In this document: positions 1 through 9,879 of the stretch, in pieces
Numbering within the stretch: position 1 is the first letter of the stretch
How the letters are laid out: the number at the start of each line of letters is the position of its first letter
Assembly: GCA_024704765.1 (NCBI GenBank)
Contig: JAKMXF010000307.1
Coordinates: 372,001-436,000, forward strand
Source: Oopsacas minuta
Lineage: Eukaryota > Animalia > Porifera
Reading direction: 5' to 3'
Length of the DNA: 64,000 bases
Position numbers and translations under genes: made by a program
The notes under the pieces: generated by a model
Told to the model about the DNA's origin: nothing
The model's database searches: none
What the model saw: the letters and a program-made list of their open reading frames with translations, nothing else

Positions 1-122
1 TGTAGAAAATATAGTAATATAAAAATAAAGATTAAGAAACTTGAAAGTAAATACTGTATAGAGGAAAATAAAAATATACAATATCTGAAATCAAAATGCA
101 ATAGTCAATAGAATAAACTAAC

Positions 123-476
123 CTGAAAAAATGAACCATGATACGAATGCAGAAAACGGGAACTCTCATATTTATTAGCACAATATAAAGCATACATATT
201 GAAATTATGGAGATTGGAAATAAAGCAATGACATAGATCAGAGATTGTAGAGCACTGTTGTAATTCAGGGTAAAAAAAATCATGATGAAACATATATATA
301 TCAAAAATATTTCCGAAAATGACAGAAATATGTTGCTTTAGTTCTGGAGGAGAGACACAACTTTTGATTGGCTTGAAGTAGCCATCAACAATCCTCCTCA
401 ATGATTCCAAATAGTCAAATTCGGTAGAAACTAACTCAGTAAGTCCAAAAGTATCATGAAGAGACACAGCACACAT
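123..476 (-). CDS. RhoGEF Dbl-homology (DH) domain exon; gene continues left beyond the window
   Basis: ORF 105..506 reads LTELVSTEFDYLESLRRIVDGYF...IFGNIFDIYMFHHDFFYPEL...FNMYALYCANKYES, matching DH conserved regions (ELxxTExxY; IFgNixxIYxFH; YxxYCxNK). GT donor at 122-121 after FFQ. The 5' boundary is uncertain: ATG at 476, or an AG acceptor near 440. Confidence 0.8.
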
Positions 477-757
477 GTGAAGTTGGTATATTGAATGAAT
501 AAACAAAGGATTAAATATAAGTCAAACTCTAAGTTATGATTCAAAATCAAAATATAAATCGAAATCAAGGATGTCATGGCTACATACATAACAATAGGAA
601 AGCAAATCATATGCAATTTAGGACTATAGCCGTTTGTCACTAGCATGAAGCAGGCCTGGGTAATCGAGTCTACGAGCCCGGCCAGAGCCCACGATTCGTT
701 CGAGCCAAGGGTGATTCGAGCTTCTGATCGAAACGGAGAAACGAGGACAAGCCTATA

Positions 758-1349
758 GGTACAACTATAGAATCGGACACCCCACAACTTTTTTAATGTA
801 GTCAAAAATCGCTATATGCACCGTTGAAGAACTCGTTGAGAGAAGCTGATAGAGCTTTCGAACTCAAAAATCGGATGGAAACTGACGAAGTTACGAAAAA
901 TCTCCTAAATAAGGCAAATCCTATGGAGAAAATTGAATTAGCCACTATCTGAAATAATGCTGATGAATTCTATACAAACTATCATAGGAATGCACATTAA
1001 ATCAATCTTGCGGTTATCAACGCTTGCGTCAGATGATTGATTCTTTTATGAATTTATTAACTTGCGTAATTTGTAGTTATTACTATTAAGAACGGTCAGT
1101 TTAAACCTGGTGTGGCCTGGTTCCCAAAGGTGCGAAAACCTGGTCAACCGTGTATCTCGAAAACTATAATTCGCATCGCTTAGCTTTAAAAAGGAAAACG
1201 GTAGGTCTTGGCCTCATCTAGCCAAAAAATACCACTTGGACCACATCCAGCTATCCTAACAATAGGCGTTATGCACTATTAATGTTGCCAAATAATCATC
1301 AAGTACATTTCAAAGATATCTTAACTAAGATTCATTTGTTGCTTAGAAA
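758..1349 (+). repeat. Left TIR of Merlin element
   Basis: Direct base-by-base comparison with the reverse complement of 4036-4627. Confidence 0.95.
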
Positions 1350-1876
1350 AACACATCTTGAACTAAGATGAATGATAAAGACATTTCAGTATCACCAAAT
1401 TTACTCTGTTGGTGATACATATTAGTTGTTTAGTATATCCGTACATGCAGCTTCTTTACATAATGATTCTAGAGGTTTGTTACTAGCCTCACAGTCCCCA
1501 TTACAGCTATACAGTTAGTTTCCGGATACAAAGTGGCGTAACATGCTACCATGGGCGCAATTCCCGGGGAGACGGAGGAGGGAGTGTCCCCCCACTTTTG
1601 ATTAATTTGCGATGATGTACGGATTTTGCGATCATTTTCGTACCAAATCACAAGATTTTACAATTCGTCCCATAATTTATGGATCTATGCCCTTGTTTGC
1701 CAGCGCCATCCCTCGTTCATGTTCCAAGTTAATATATTTTGCTCATAATTTACACATTCTTTGCTAAGGTTAGTGTGGTTATAATGTAGTTTGTGCAAAT
1801 TGGGTTCCAGCACTGATTCCCATTATATTTTTCAGATTGGCCAAAGGAATATCCATAGGAAATACGTGGATTGTTA

Positions 1877-1951
1877 AACCCACCATGCACGATCCAACTT
1901 TATCGATTGCAACTGTTGTATGCAACAAAATTGCATCGTGTAAGGTGGCCT
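1877..1951. mobile_element. 75-bp PIF/Harbinger-type micro-MITE (imperfect hairpin)
   Basis: Ends aacccaccatgcacgatccaa and ttgcatcgtgtaaggtggcct are imperfect inverted repeats. TTA flanks both sides (1874-1876, 1952-1954), the Harbinger-type TSD. Confidence 0.6.
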
Positions 1952-2377
1952 TTAGGTTATATTATACCTGTGTATGATTTGACTGAAATTCCCACAATTC
2001 AATGATCATAGTATATGAATTGAATATACGTACTACTCGCCATATAGTTAATCGTTGATAGTAACTTGATACCGCTATGACTTTCTATCACTAATGAAAA
2101 TCTACGTTCTCTTGAACAAATTATACTAAAGTTACACTGTGCAATAAGATCTTGACCACGAACAACCACATAATCTAAGCTTTAATTGTGTTGCTTAAGT
2201 AAAAAGCATTCCAATGAAGTGAATGTGTTGTAATTTATGTTAGTGTATAAAGACCATTCGTACATTATTTTGTAATATACTACTACATTCAAACCATAAT
2301 GGACCACACAATACTACTCGAAACCCCCGATTATACCTGACATTTCAGCAAGCTTTTTACTGTCTGATCTCTTTCAG

Positions 2378-3300
2378 TTGTCTTCTTCTCTGGAAAATAC
2401 TATAGATTGGCTTAAGCATTATGGCTTGTTACCACGAGGAGTCCAATGCAGATGCGGCTTAATAATGAATGTAGGTACATTTACCGATTCTAAGGACAAT
2501 AAGAAATGGAGATGTAGAGCGTGTAAGACAACCTGTTCACTTCGTTATGAGTCTTTCTTCAAGGGTTCAAACCTATCTCTTCCCTCTCTATTGCAGTTCT
2601 TGTACTTTTGGAGTGTAGATATACAGTCACATGCATTTCTTGGGAGACACTTGCAACGGTCCCCGAATACTGTTGTAGACTGGAAGAATTTTATGAGAGA
2701 TGTTTGCATTGAGGATCTAATAATAAATCCGGAGCCAATAGGCGGGCCCGGTACAGTGGTGGAGATTGATGAATCGAAATTTGGGAGACGAAAATATAAC
2801 CGTGGTAGATTACTCACTGGTCAATGAGTTTTCGGTATATATGAGCAAGGACTGATAACGTACTGATGATTCCAGTTCCCGATCGCTCAGGTGCAACCCT
2901 ACTTCCCATCATTCAGCGATATGTATTACCTGGAACTACCATCCACTCAGACGAATGGGCTGCTTATAATGTTGTCCCAGCTGCAGGCTACGATCATCAC
3001 ACTGTGAACCATTCTGAGAATTTTGTGGATCCAATTGACGGTACCCATACACAAGGGATAGAAAACGCTTGGGGTGTGGTCAAGAAAAGGCAAAGAAGAG
3101 GCCAAACAACAAATCCTGAATTGCTAGAATCCCACCTTAGCGAGTCTTGCTGGAGAAGAAAGAGTAAAAGAAACATCCAAACAGCATCGTCAAGTGCATT
3201 AGAGAATTATATCCTGTTGTGTAATTTAGTTGTTAATATATATAGTATTACTTTATTAAGAATAGTTACATTATACACTCTTACATCACATACTTGCTAA
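2378..3300 (+). pseudogene. Merlin/ISXO2-like DDE transposase, disrupted
   Basis: N-terminal CxC...W-x-C-x2-C zinc knuckle; VVEIDESKFGRRKYNRGR; TIHSDEWAAY; HSENFVDP.DGTHTQGIENAW. Stop at 2825 (GQ* for GQW) and a frameshift before 2866. Confidence 0.9.
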
Positions 3301-4035
3301 ATGCTAGCATAAGCTATTCTAAGGGATATTGAAACTAGTAAAATGTGCCCATATTGCCTCGAATAACTGCCCCTAGGGTATAGGGTGGCTTGAAATCTAT
3401 ACTTACCCAGGGTAACATTGGAAGTTATGTAGTGTTGTTAACAGAATACTTGTTGTTTATTGTTAACGACATACTATTATTAGCTGTGAACAGTAACAAT
3501 TGCAACTTCCGTTGGACAATAACAGCTATTGCCGGGCTGTTTCTATTCCTGTCTTATTAATGTCGTGATCCCTGTGTAAGCTCAGGAAGTATTTCAGATC
3601 ATACATAATTACAAATAATATTTACACAAACGAGCTGAAGAACTAGCTCACGAAGGGATTACTATTTGCAGACAGTTTACATGCAAACGGACCGAAACAA
3701 TAATACATAAAAGTCCCACTGCAACAATTCAACTTGTGCTTTTAACATCAACCCGGACCCAGGAGCAACCATGACACTATCTAATCCCGTTCCTATATCG
3801 CTAGCGTATAGACTCAAAGGTCCCTAAAACAGCAAACGCGTTTGCACCTGGATAGCAAAATGAATACTAAGTTGGATCTGGTCATTTGCAGCTAGAAAAT
3901 GGGTGAATAAACGTATTAATTATGAAGGTTGTGGCATGCCTCCTTTTGTTGCTTCTAGGGTTTCTGAAGCCAGTGCGATAAAATGACAAGCAAGGGAGAC
4001 AGTTCTACTTAGGTTAAATATATAAATTTGGGATA

Positions 4036-4627
4036 TTTCTAAGCAACAAATGAATCTTAGTTAAGATATCTTTGAAATGTACTTGATGATTATTTGGCAA
4101 CATTAATAGTGCATAACGCCTATTGTTAGGATAGCTGGATGTGGTCCAAGTGGTATTTTTTGGCTAAATGAGGCCAAGACCTACCGTTTTCCTTTTTGAA
4201 GCTAAGCGATGCGAATTATAGTTTTCGAGATACACGGTTGACCAGGTTTTCGGACATTTGGGAACCAGGCCACACCAGGTTTAAACTGACCGTTCTTAAT
4301 AGTAATAACTACAAATTACGCAAGCTAATAAATTCATAAAAGGATCAATCATCTGACGCAAGCGTTGATAACCGCAAGATTGATTTAATGTGCATTCCTA
4401 TGATAGTTTGTATAGAATTCATCAGCATTATTTCAGATAGTGGCTAATTCAATTTTCTCCATAGGATTTGCCTTATTTAGGAGATTTTTCGTAACTTCGT
4501 CAGTTTCCATCCGATTTTTGAGTTCGAAAGCTCTATCAGCTTCTCTCAACGAGTTCTTCAACGGTGCATATAGCGATTTTTGACTACATTAAAAAAGTTG
4601 TGGGGTATCGGATTCTATAGTTGTACC
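4036..4627 (-). repeat. Right TIR of Merlin element
   Basis: Reverse complement of 758-1349. Confidence 0.95.
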
Positions 4628-5121
4628 ACAATTGGTTGGACAGTATAATTGGGTTAAAAGTCATAAACCAAATAATTTCGCTCATTGGCGCAACTAGGCT
4701 CTTGAATCCGATTGAGAAAAGAGGACTTCATGCCCACCCTTCCCTATACTTGTGTATTCGGGTGGAGTAGAAACTGGGTATGTACGCAAATTTCATGGTG
4801 TGCAAATGCTCTCATGTTCAAGCTCAAAATCATATCATATCGTCCCTATCTCGAAGCTATGCATCTATAAATATCTATTCGCGAAAATATGATAGATAAA
4901 TGATTTCGAATATAATCTAGTATTCAGCATTCGTTACGTTGAATACTATAATAGTTGATTAATTAATGCTTTCATATCAGAATTTCCCTAGTGACGCTCC
5001 TACTTATACTTAAAGTGTTCCAATAATATCCTTCCTCTTTTCCCGTATTCTTTTCTTTAGATTTTTACAATTATCCAATTTTAGATATTCTCATATTTCT
5101 GTTTGTCATATTTGGAATTAT

Positions 5122-5436
5122 ATGCATTCTCAATCATTCCAATTTAGTGAACAAGAGCGCTTTCTTCCTCTTGCAAATATTTCTCGTATTATGCGAGATA
5201 TCTTACCTTCAAATTACAAAGTCTCTAAAGAAGCTAAACAGTCAATGCAAGAATCCCTCTCTGAATTTATTGCGTTTATAACTTCAGAGGCTAGTGAAAA
5301 GTGCTACCGTGATAAGCGAAAAACTATCTCCGGTGATGATATATTATTTAGTTTTTCTAAATTGGGATTTGAATTATATTTTCCGGCATTGGCGCAATAC
5401 TATCGCCTAGTAAAGATTACATTCTGTTCACAATAA
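5122..5436 (+). CDS. NFYB: Nuclear transcription factor Y subunit beta (CBF-A/HAP3-like histone fold), 104 aa
   Basis: [15 protein letters not shown]...[39 protein letters not shown]...LGF aligns residue for residue with the NF-YB core (EQDIYLPIANVARIM...[28 protein letters not shown]). Uninterrupted ORF. Confidence 0.92.
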   Translation: MHSQSFQFSEQERFLPLANISRIMRDILPSNYKVSKEAKQSMQESLSEFIAFITSEASEKCYRDKRKTISGDDILFSFSKLGFELYFPALAQYYRLVKITFCSQ

Positions 5437-5736
5437 GTGTGATTTCCTATCTATGCGACTGAATTTCAAATTCGCCAAAATTAAATCCCAAAATGTTAAT
5501 GAGATTACCATCTTGATATTTGTATATATATGAGCGCGCTTCGCTTGATTGCGTTTAACGTATAATGTTTTTGCATCAGACTCAAATTTAGCATCATTCG
5601 CTGGAGGACTACTCATAATTTCAATTAAACTAGCGCCTTGCCCAGAATACACCATCAAACTATTTTTCATCTCTGTAGTACTTACCCGAATATCTGTGTT
5701 GAACATAGGGCATAGAGAGTGATTCGATGTCTCCAC
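5428..5736 (-). CDS. Hypothetical 102-aa ORF or terminal exon, convergent with and overlapping NF-YB by 9 bp
   Basis: Open frame in non-repetitive-looking sequence; no recognisable domain. Confidence 0.2.
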   Translation of the reverse strand: METSNHSLCPMFNTDIRVSTTEMKNSLMVYSGQGASLIEIMSSPPANDAKFESDAKTLYVKRNQAKRAHIYTNIKMVISLTFWDLILANLKFSRIDRKSHLL

Positions 5737-6308
5737 CCCAAGTTTTGTTCATATTCATATTTAAGGAATGAATAACTTTATTTTTACACTATCTAGTAAT
5801 TCTAGTTGTAGACCCAGCAGTTCCATAAGCGCCTAATCGTGCTTGGACACATCCCTATAAAGCTAATACAAAAAAATTGTGAGCCCAGGATCACTTAAGT
5901 TGTGAGAAAGTTTTGCGCCCCTTCGCTGGTTATTTCCCAAGATGAGTTCAAATAATTACCCAATCTGTTGGAATTTATTATCTGCACAGCTGCACCACTT
6001 AATTCACTTGAAAATATTTATTGTATAATTGAATATTTACTATTGTTTCAATTAGCATGTTTTTAAGAGAATTCGAATGCATCTGTATATTTTGATCGAA
6101 TTTTTTGTAGAACTTTGATCAAAAGTTCTAATAAATTGTCTTCAATCAAACTCTGATCAAAAAATGGGAACTTTGATCGAAAAATGAGAACATTGATCGA
6201 ATAATATGAACTTGTATTTATCACATAAATATCACGAATTATGTAATTTGGTTAACTAACATGAGATTTCTTTTTAACAATTCGGGAGCTAGTGGTACGT
6301 GCGAAATA

Positions 6309-7655
6309 CAGTCTGTTACATATATATTTAGAATTTTGTTTTTTGCTGAGGAATAACTGAAATACCAGATATCTAGAAAATTATCACTTTATTCTGTGAA
6401 TAAATGATTAATAATTAGTATTTAATGGGATATCCATCGTTATCAACAGCCATTTGGCACCTTCGTGTCATGGATTCCCAGTAAGGTCGCAAAAATGCTG
6501 GATCAATTCGATTCCATAAGCCTTCTAACTTTTCATTTAGTTCTGGAATGCTCCTGCGGCCTAGTTTAATCAGCTGCTGCTTTACCCATCCAAATAAAAT
6601 TTCGATAGGATTGAGGTCTGGATTTTGTGAAGGCCAATGAATTTGTTTGGGGACATTCTGTGAGAGCCAAACCTTGACCTTCCGTGAGGTGTGTTTAGGA
6701 TCATTAACCATGACCAATCGCCAATTATTTTCATGGAATACATTTGCCTGGGCTATCAAATGACCCTCCATTATCTGTAGGAACAAGTCACTACCATATT
6801 CTGTGTAAAAATGCACAGTGGAAATGTGCCCATGGATGAAAAAGCAGCCCACGCGTGAATTTTTGGGACATGCTTGGTAGTTTGAGCGAATCTTTTTTTG
6901 TTGGATTTTGCCCACATCCTTATTCTCCCTCTCGATAACCAGATCGACATATTGTCAAAGGAATACAGTGTTCGCCATCCCTTTTTAGGATACTTGTGCT
7001 TCTTGGTCCATCTTCTGCGGTATAAACGGTTCTTTTCGCTAAGCATGGGGGTTTTATTTGGATAGGGTTTGGTGTAAGACTGGTCTTTTAACATGCGTTG
7101 TACCGTCTGGTAGGATGTCATATAAGGAGCCCGACTTGCTAGTGTTCGAAGGGGTAAATAGGGCTTACATCTCACCTGTTGTATGACCGAGTGCTTGATA
7201 GCGGATGGTAAGGTATTGGGCCTTCCTGCTCCCTTTTTGTGAGAGATCTCTCCACTAGCATCCAACCGGGCCTTTACATTGTAGACCGTCGCCAAAGAGA
7301 TTCCAACATTTTTGGAAGTTTGTTTGGGACTAAGTTGTTTTGATTGTAATAAGGGTCTTTATCATTTCTCTCTTCACAATTTGAGTCATTATCAGCTCTA
7401 GTATTCAAGTGACTGTGAAAATACAATCATATTATGAATTAAAGGTGAAAATTACGGTAAATGACGTCACAAATTTTTGTATACGACTCCTTAAACACCA
7501 AAATGAAAGCCGTTTAAGCAAATATCGTTAGACATTGGTAGAAATAGGTGAAACTTTTTATGACATCAATCAGAAGCATGATATTTGAATATACTTCAGA
7601 ATTATGTACGTTTTCAATAACGATTCACAATTCTGAATATTTATGTAACAGACTG
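6309..7655 (-). mobile_element. Tc1 (DD34E) element inserted in the left TIR of the MULE
   Basis: 30-bp TIRs cagtctgttacata(t/a)atatt(t/c)agaatt, with TA TSD at 6307-6308 and 7656-7657. Joining the flanks restores gtgcgaaatatctgtggcagaaatc, which matches the right MULE TIR. Confidence 0.92.
6415..7365 (-). pseudogene. Tc1 transposase, frameshifted
   Basis: GAGRP HTH linker; WAAFS; (D>V)NDPKH...WPSQNPDLNPIE with 34-residue spacing; split over ORFs 6771..7295 and 6415..6915. Confidence 0.88.
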
Positions 7656-8277
7656 TATCTGTGGCAGAAATCAGCCCAATAGAGGTTATGTTCCCCAAAT
7701 TATTAATTTGAACGAATAATACGATCTTGTGTGTACTATTTTGATCTGAAATCATCACTTTGGCCTCATTGTTCGATTATTACGATCGCAAATTTAGTGT
7801 CAGATTCAATGTATGTGTCCCATCTTTAAATATCATTTCATGGACTTAGATGCTCAGCTATATATTTCGCAGTTTTTACTGTGCCAACTATACTTTAGTA
7901 TGAGGCTCAGTATTGATCTCATTGCTTATTTGTTTTATATTTTTAGCCTCTTGTTTCCGTTTTCCTTCTCCAGTCCACACCGTTTACGATTAAGAGCTGA
8001 AAATTATCAAAGGGTTCAGTGTGAGTAAGTGCGATCTATAGATTTGTACCTTGGCATACGATTTTGATCTTACATGATTTGCCACTTCTTTGCCACTTTC
8101 AATTTATCATTGAAATTGTATTAACTCCTAGAAAATCCCAATGGTTCTGAATTCCCAAACTTTATTTTCTTTGAATATTTTCTACTGTGGTATTTAGAAT
8201 TATATTATCAATAGTTTGAATCGTTTTCCTAAAGTGCTCTTCGATATTTTATACATCGCTCTTTTTCATCTCAATCA

Positions 8278-9879
8278 ATGGAATATAGTGTTATTGAAGG
8301 TAAAAAGTGGTCTGTTAACTATAAATGTTAAAGCTTTCGATATATTCAGTCCTCCTCGTCCTTAACATCCATTTATTTGAGGTGTACTCTGTGGAGGTAC
8401 AAAGAAATTTAATGTCATGTTACAGGGCGGATAGATCTCACAACTGATCTATTTACCAAAAAGGATCATAATCACGCTGAAGCCTCCTACGAATCCAGTG
8501 TAACAGTTCTGAGTAATAGAATCAAACGTGCTGCAGTATCATCAACAGGAAATCTAGGGAAAATATTTGATGTTGTGACTTCTACGGATCAAGCAGGTGC
8601 ATTAGTGAGTTATTGTAGTGTTCGAATACGAATACGATGATTAAAAGAAGAAGACTTGAATCACCAGGGAATCCTCTAACGCCTGAACAATTTGAAGTAA
8701 TGATCAAACAAACACAATTTGCACACTTTTTCCGAATAATGATAATCTCATCAGAAGGCTTTGCAGCTATATTCTGGCTCAATCTTATGTTTGAATTCTG
8801 AAAAATACTGATGCGATCAATTTTGATTCAACATTTTTTGTTGTCCCCAAATTATTTTACCAGTTGTTTACTATTTTCCTACAAGGTCATCATACTTTAC
8901 CAGCCATACATATTTTGATGTCAAAAACATCAGAATCTCTCTATGACGCTGTCCTGCAAAAGGTAACAGAATTTATGCCTGATTTCAAACCAAAATTAGC
9001 TGTAGGTAACTATGAAAGGGCATCAAGAAATTAATTTCGTACAGCTTTCAATTCGATAGAAGTATCAGGATGCCTCTTTCATTTTTCGAGAGCTATTTGG
9101 AAAATGTTAACCAAACTACATCTCACTTCTTCGTATACAAAGAATTCTGAGCTTAATGGATGGATCAGGTCTATTATGGTACTTCCCATGTTACCTGAAG
9201 AAGATATTCTTCCAGTCTATAGATTGTTATCTGAAGTTATTCTACAAAATACGAATGACCATGAGATTAATAATCTTCAAAGGCTTAAGAGTTACATAAA
9301 GAGAGAATGGATTAACAAAAATGATTTATCAATATCCTATTCTATTCAAATAACTAATAACTGTTTTGAAGTATATCATCGGGGTTTAAAGTCTCTCATC
9401 CGTGTGAAAAAGCCTAACCCCTATGGGCATTTATGGAATGTCTCGAAAGACGCTGTTAAAATATGATCTTGAATACTAGAGAATGAAGAATGGCCTAGAA
9501 ATTGGCGAGGAAAGTGCAAAGGATATAACTAATGAGAAATTCGAAACAAATGAAAGAAAAACTTCGATGAAAAGAATGTACATCACTAGAATATATTAAA
9601 GAAATTTCAAATACTATTGTTAATCTGCAATTTCGGAATTATTCGGGATCTTCCGAATTGGAAGAAAGTATAAGTGAAAGATCTGATAGTTCAAGCGATG
9701 AAGAATCAATGTTAAAGAATCTGTGTATCATTTGTTTGAAAAGTAGAGATTTAACGCTTGTCTTCATACCTTGTGGACATGCTGGTGTATGCGGAATTTG
9801 TGAACATAATTTTACACTCAGCGATAGATGCCCAGTTTGTCGTTCTATTACAATGAGCAAGATGCAGATTTTCCAATAG
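8278..9879 (+). pseudogene. MULE transposase with C-terminal C3HC4 RING finger, disrupted
   Basis: FLYWCH-like N-terminus (YLRCT...HNH); MULE core FDSTFFVVPKLFYQLFTI...GCLFHFSRAIW; TNNCFEVYHR; C-terminal CIICLKSRDLTLVFIPCGHAGVCGICEHNFTLSDRCPVCR. Several stops and frameshifts. Confidence 0.85.

Larger units (their letters stand above)
758..4627 (+). mobile_element. Merlin (IS1016/IS1595-like) DNA transposon with 592-bp TIRs
   Basis: 758-1349 is the reverse complement of 4036-4627 with about 10 mismatches by eye. Termini are GGTACAAC...GTTGTACC. It encloses an ISXO2-like transposase. No TSD found. Confidence 0.85.

Noticed and set aside
4631-5079. Four CCAAT/ATTGG boxes upstream of NF-YB (possible autoregulation)
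   Set aside because: About one is expected by chance in 500 bp at this composition. The excess is small and noticed post hoc, and the transcription start is unknown.
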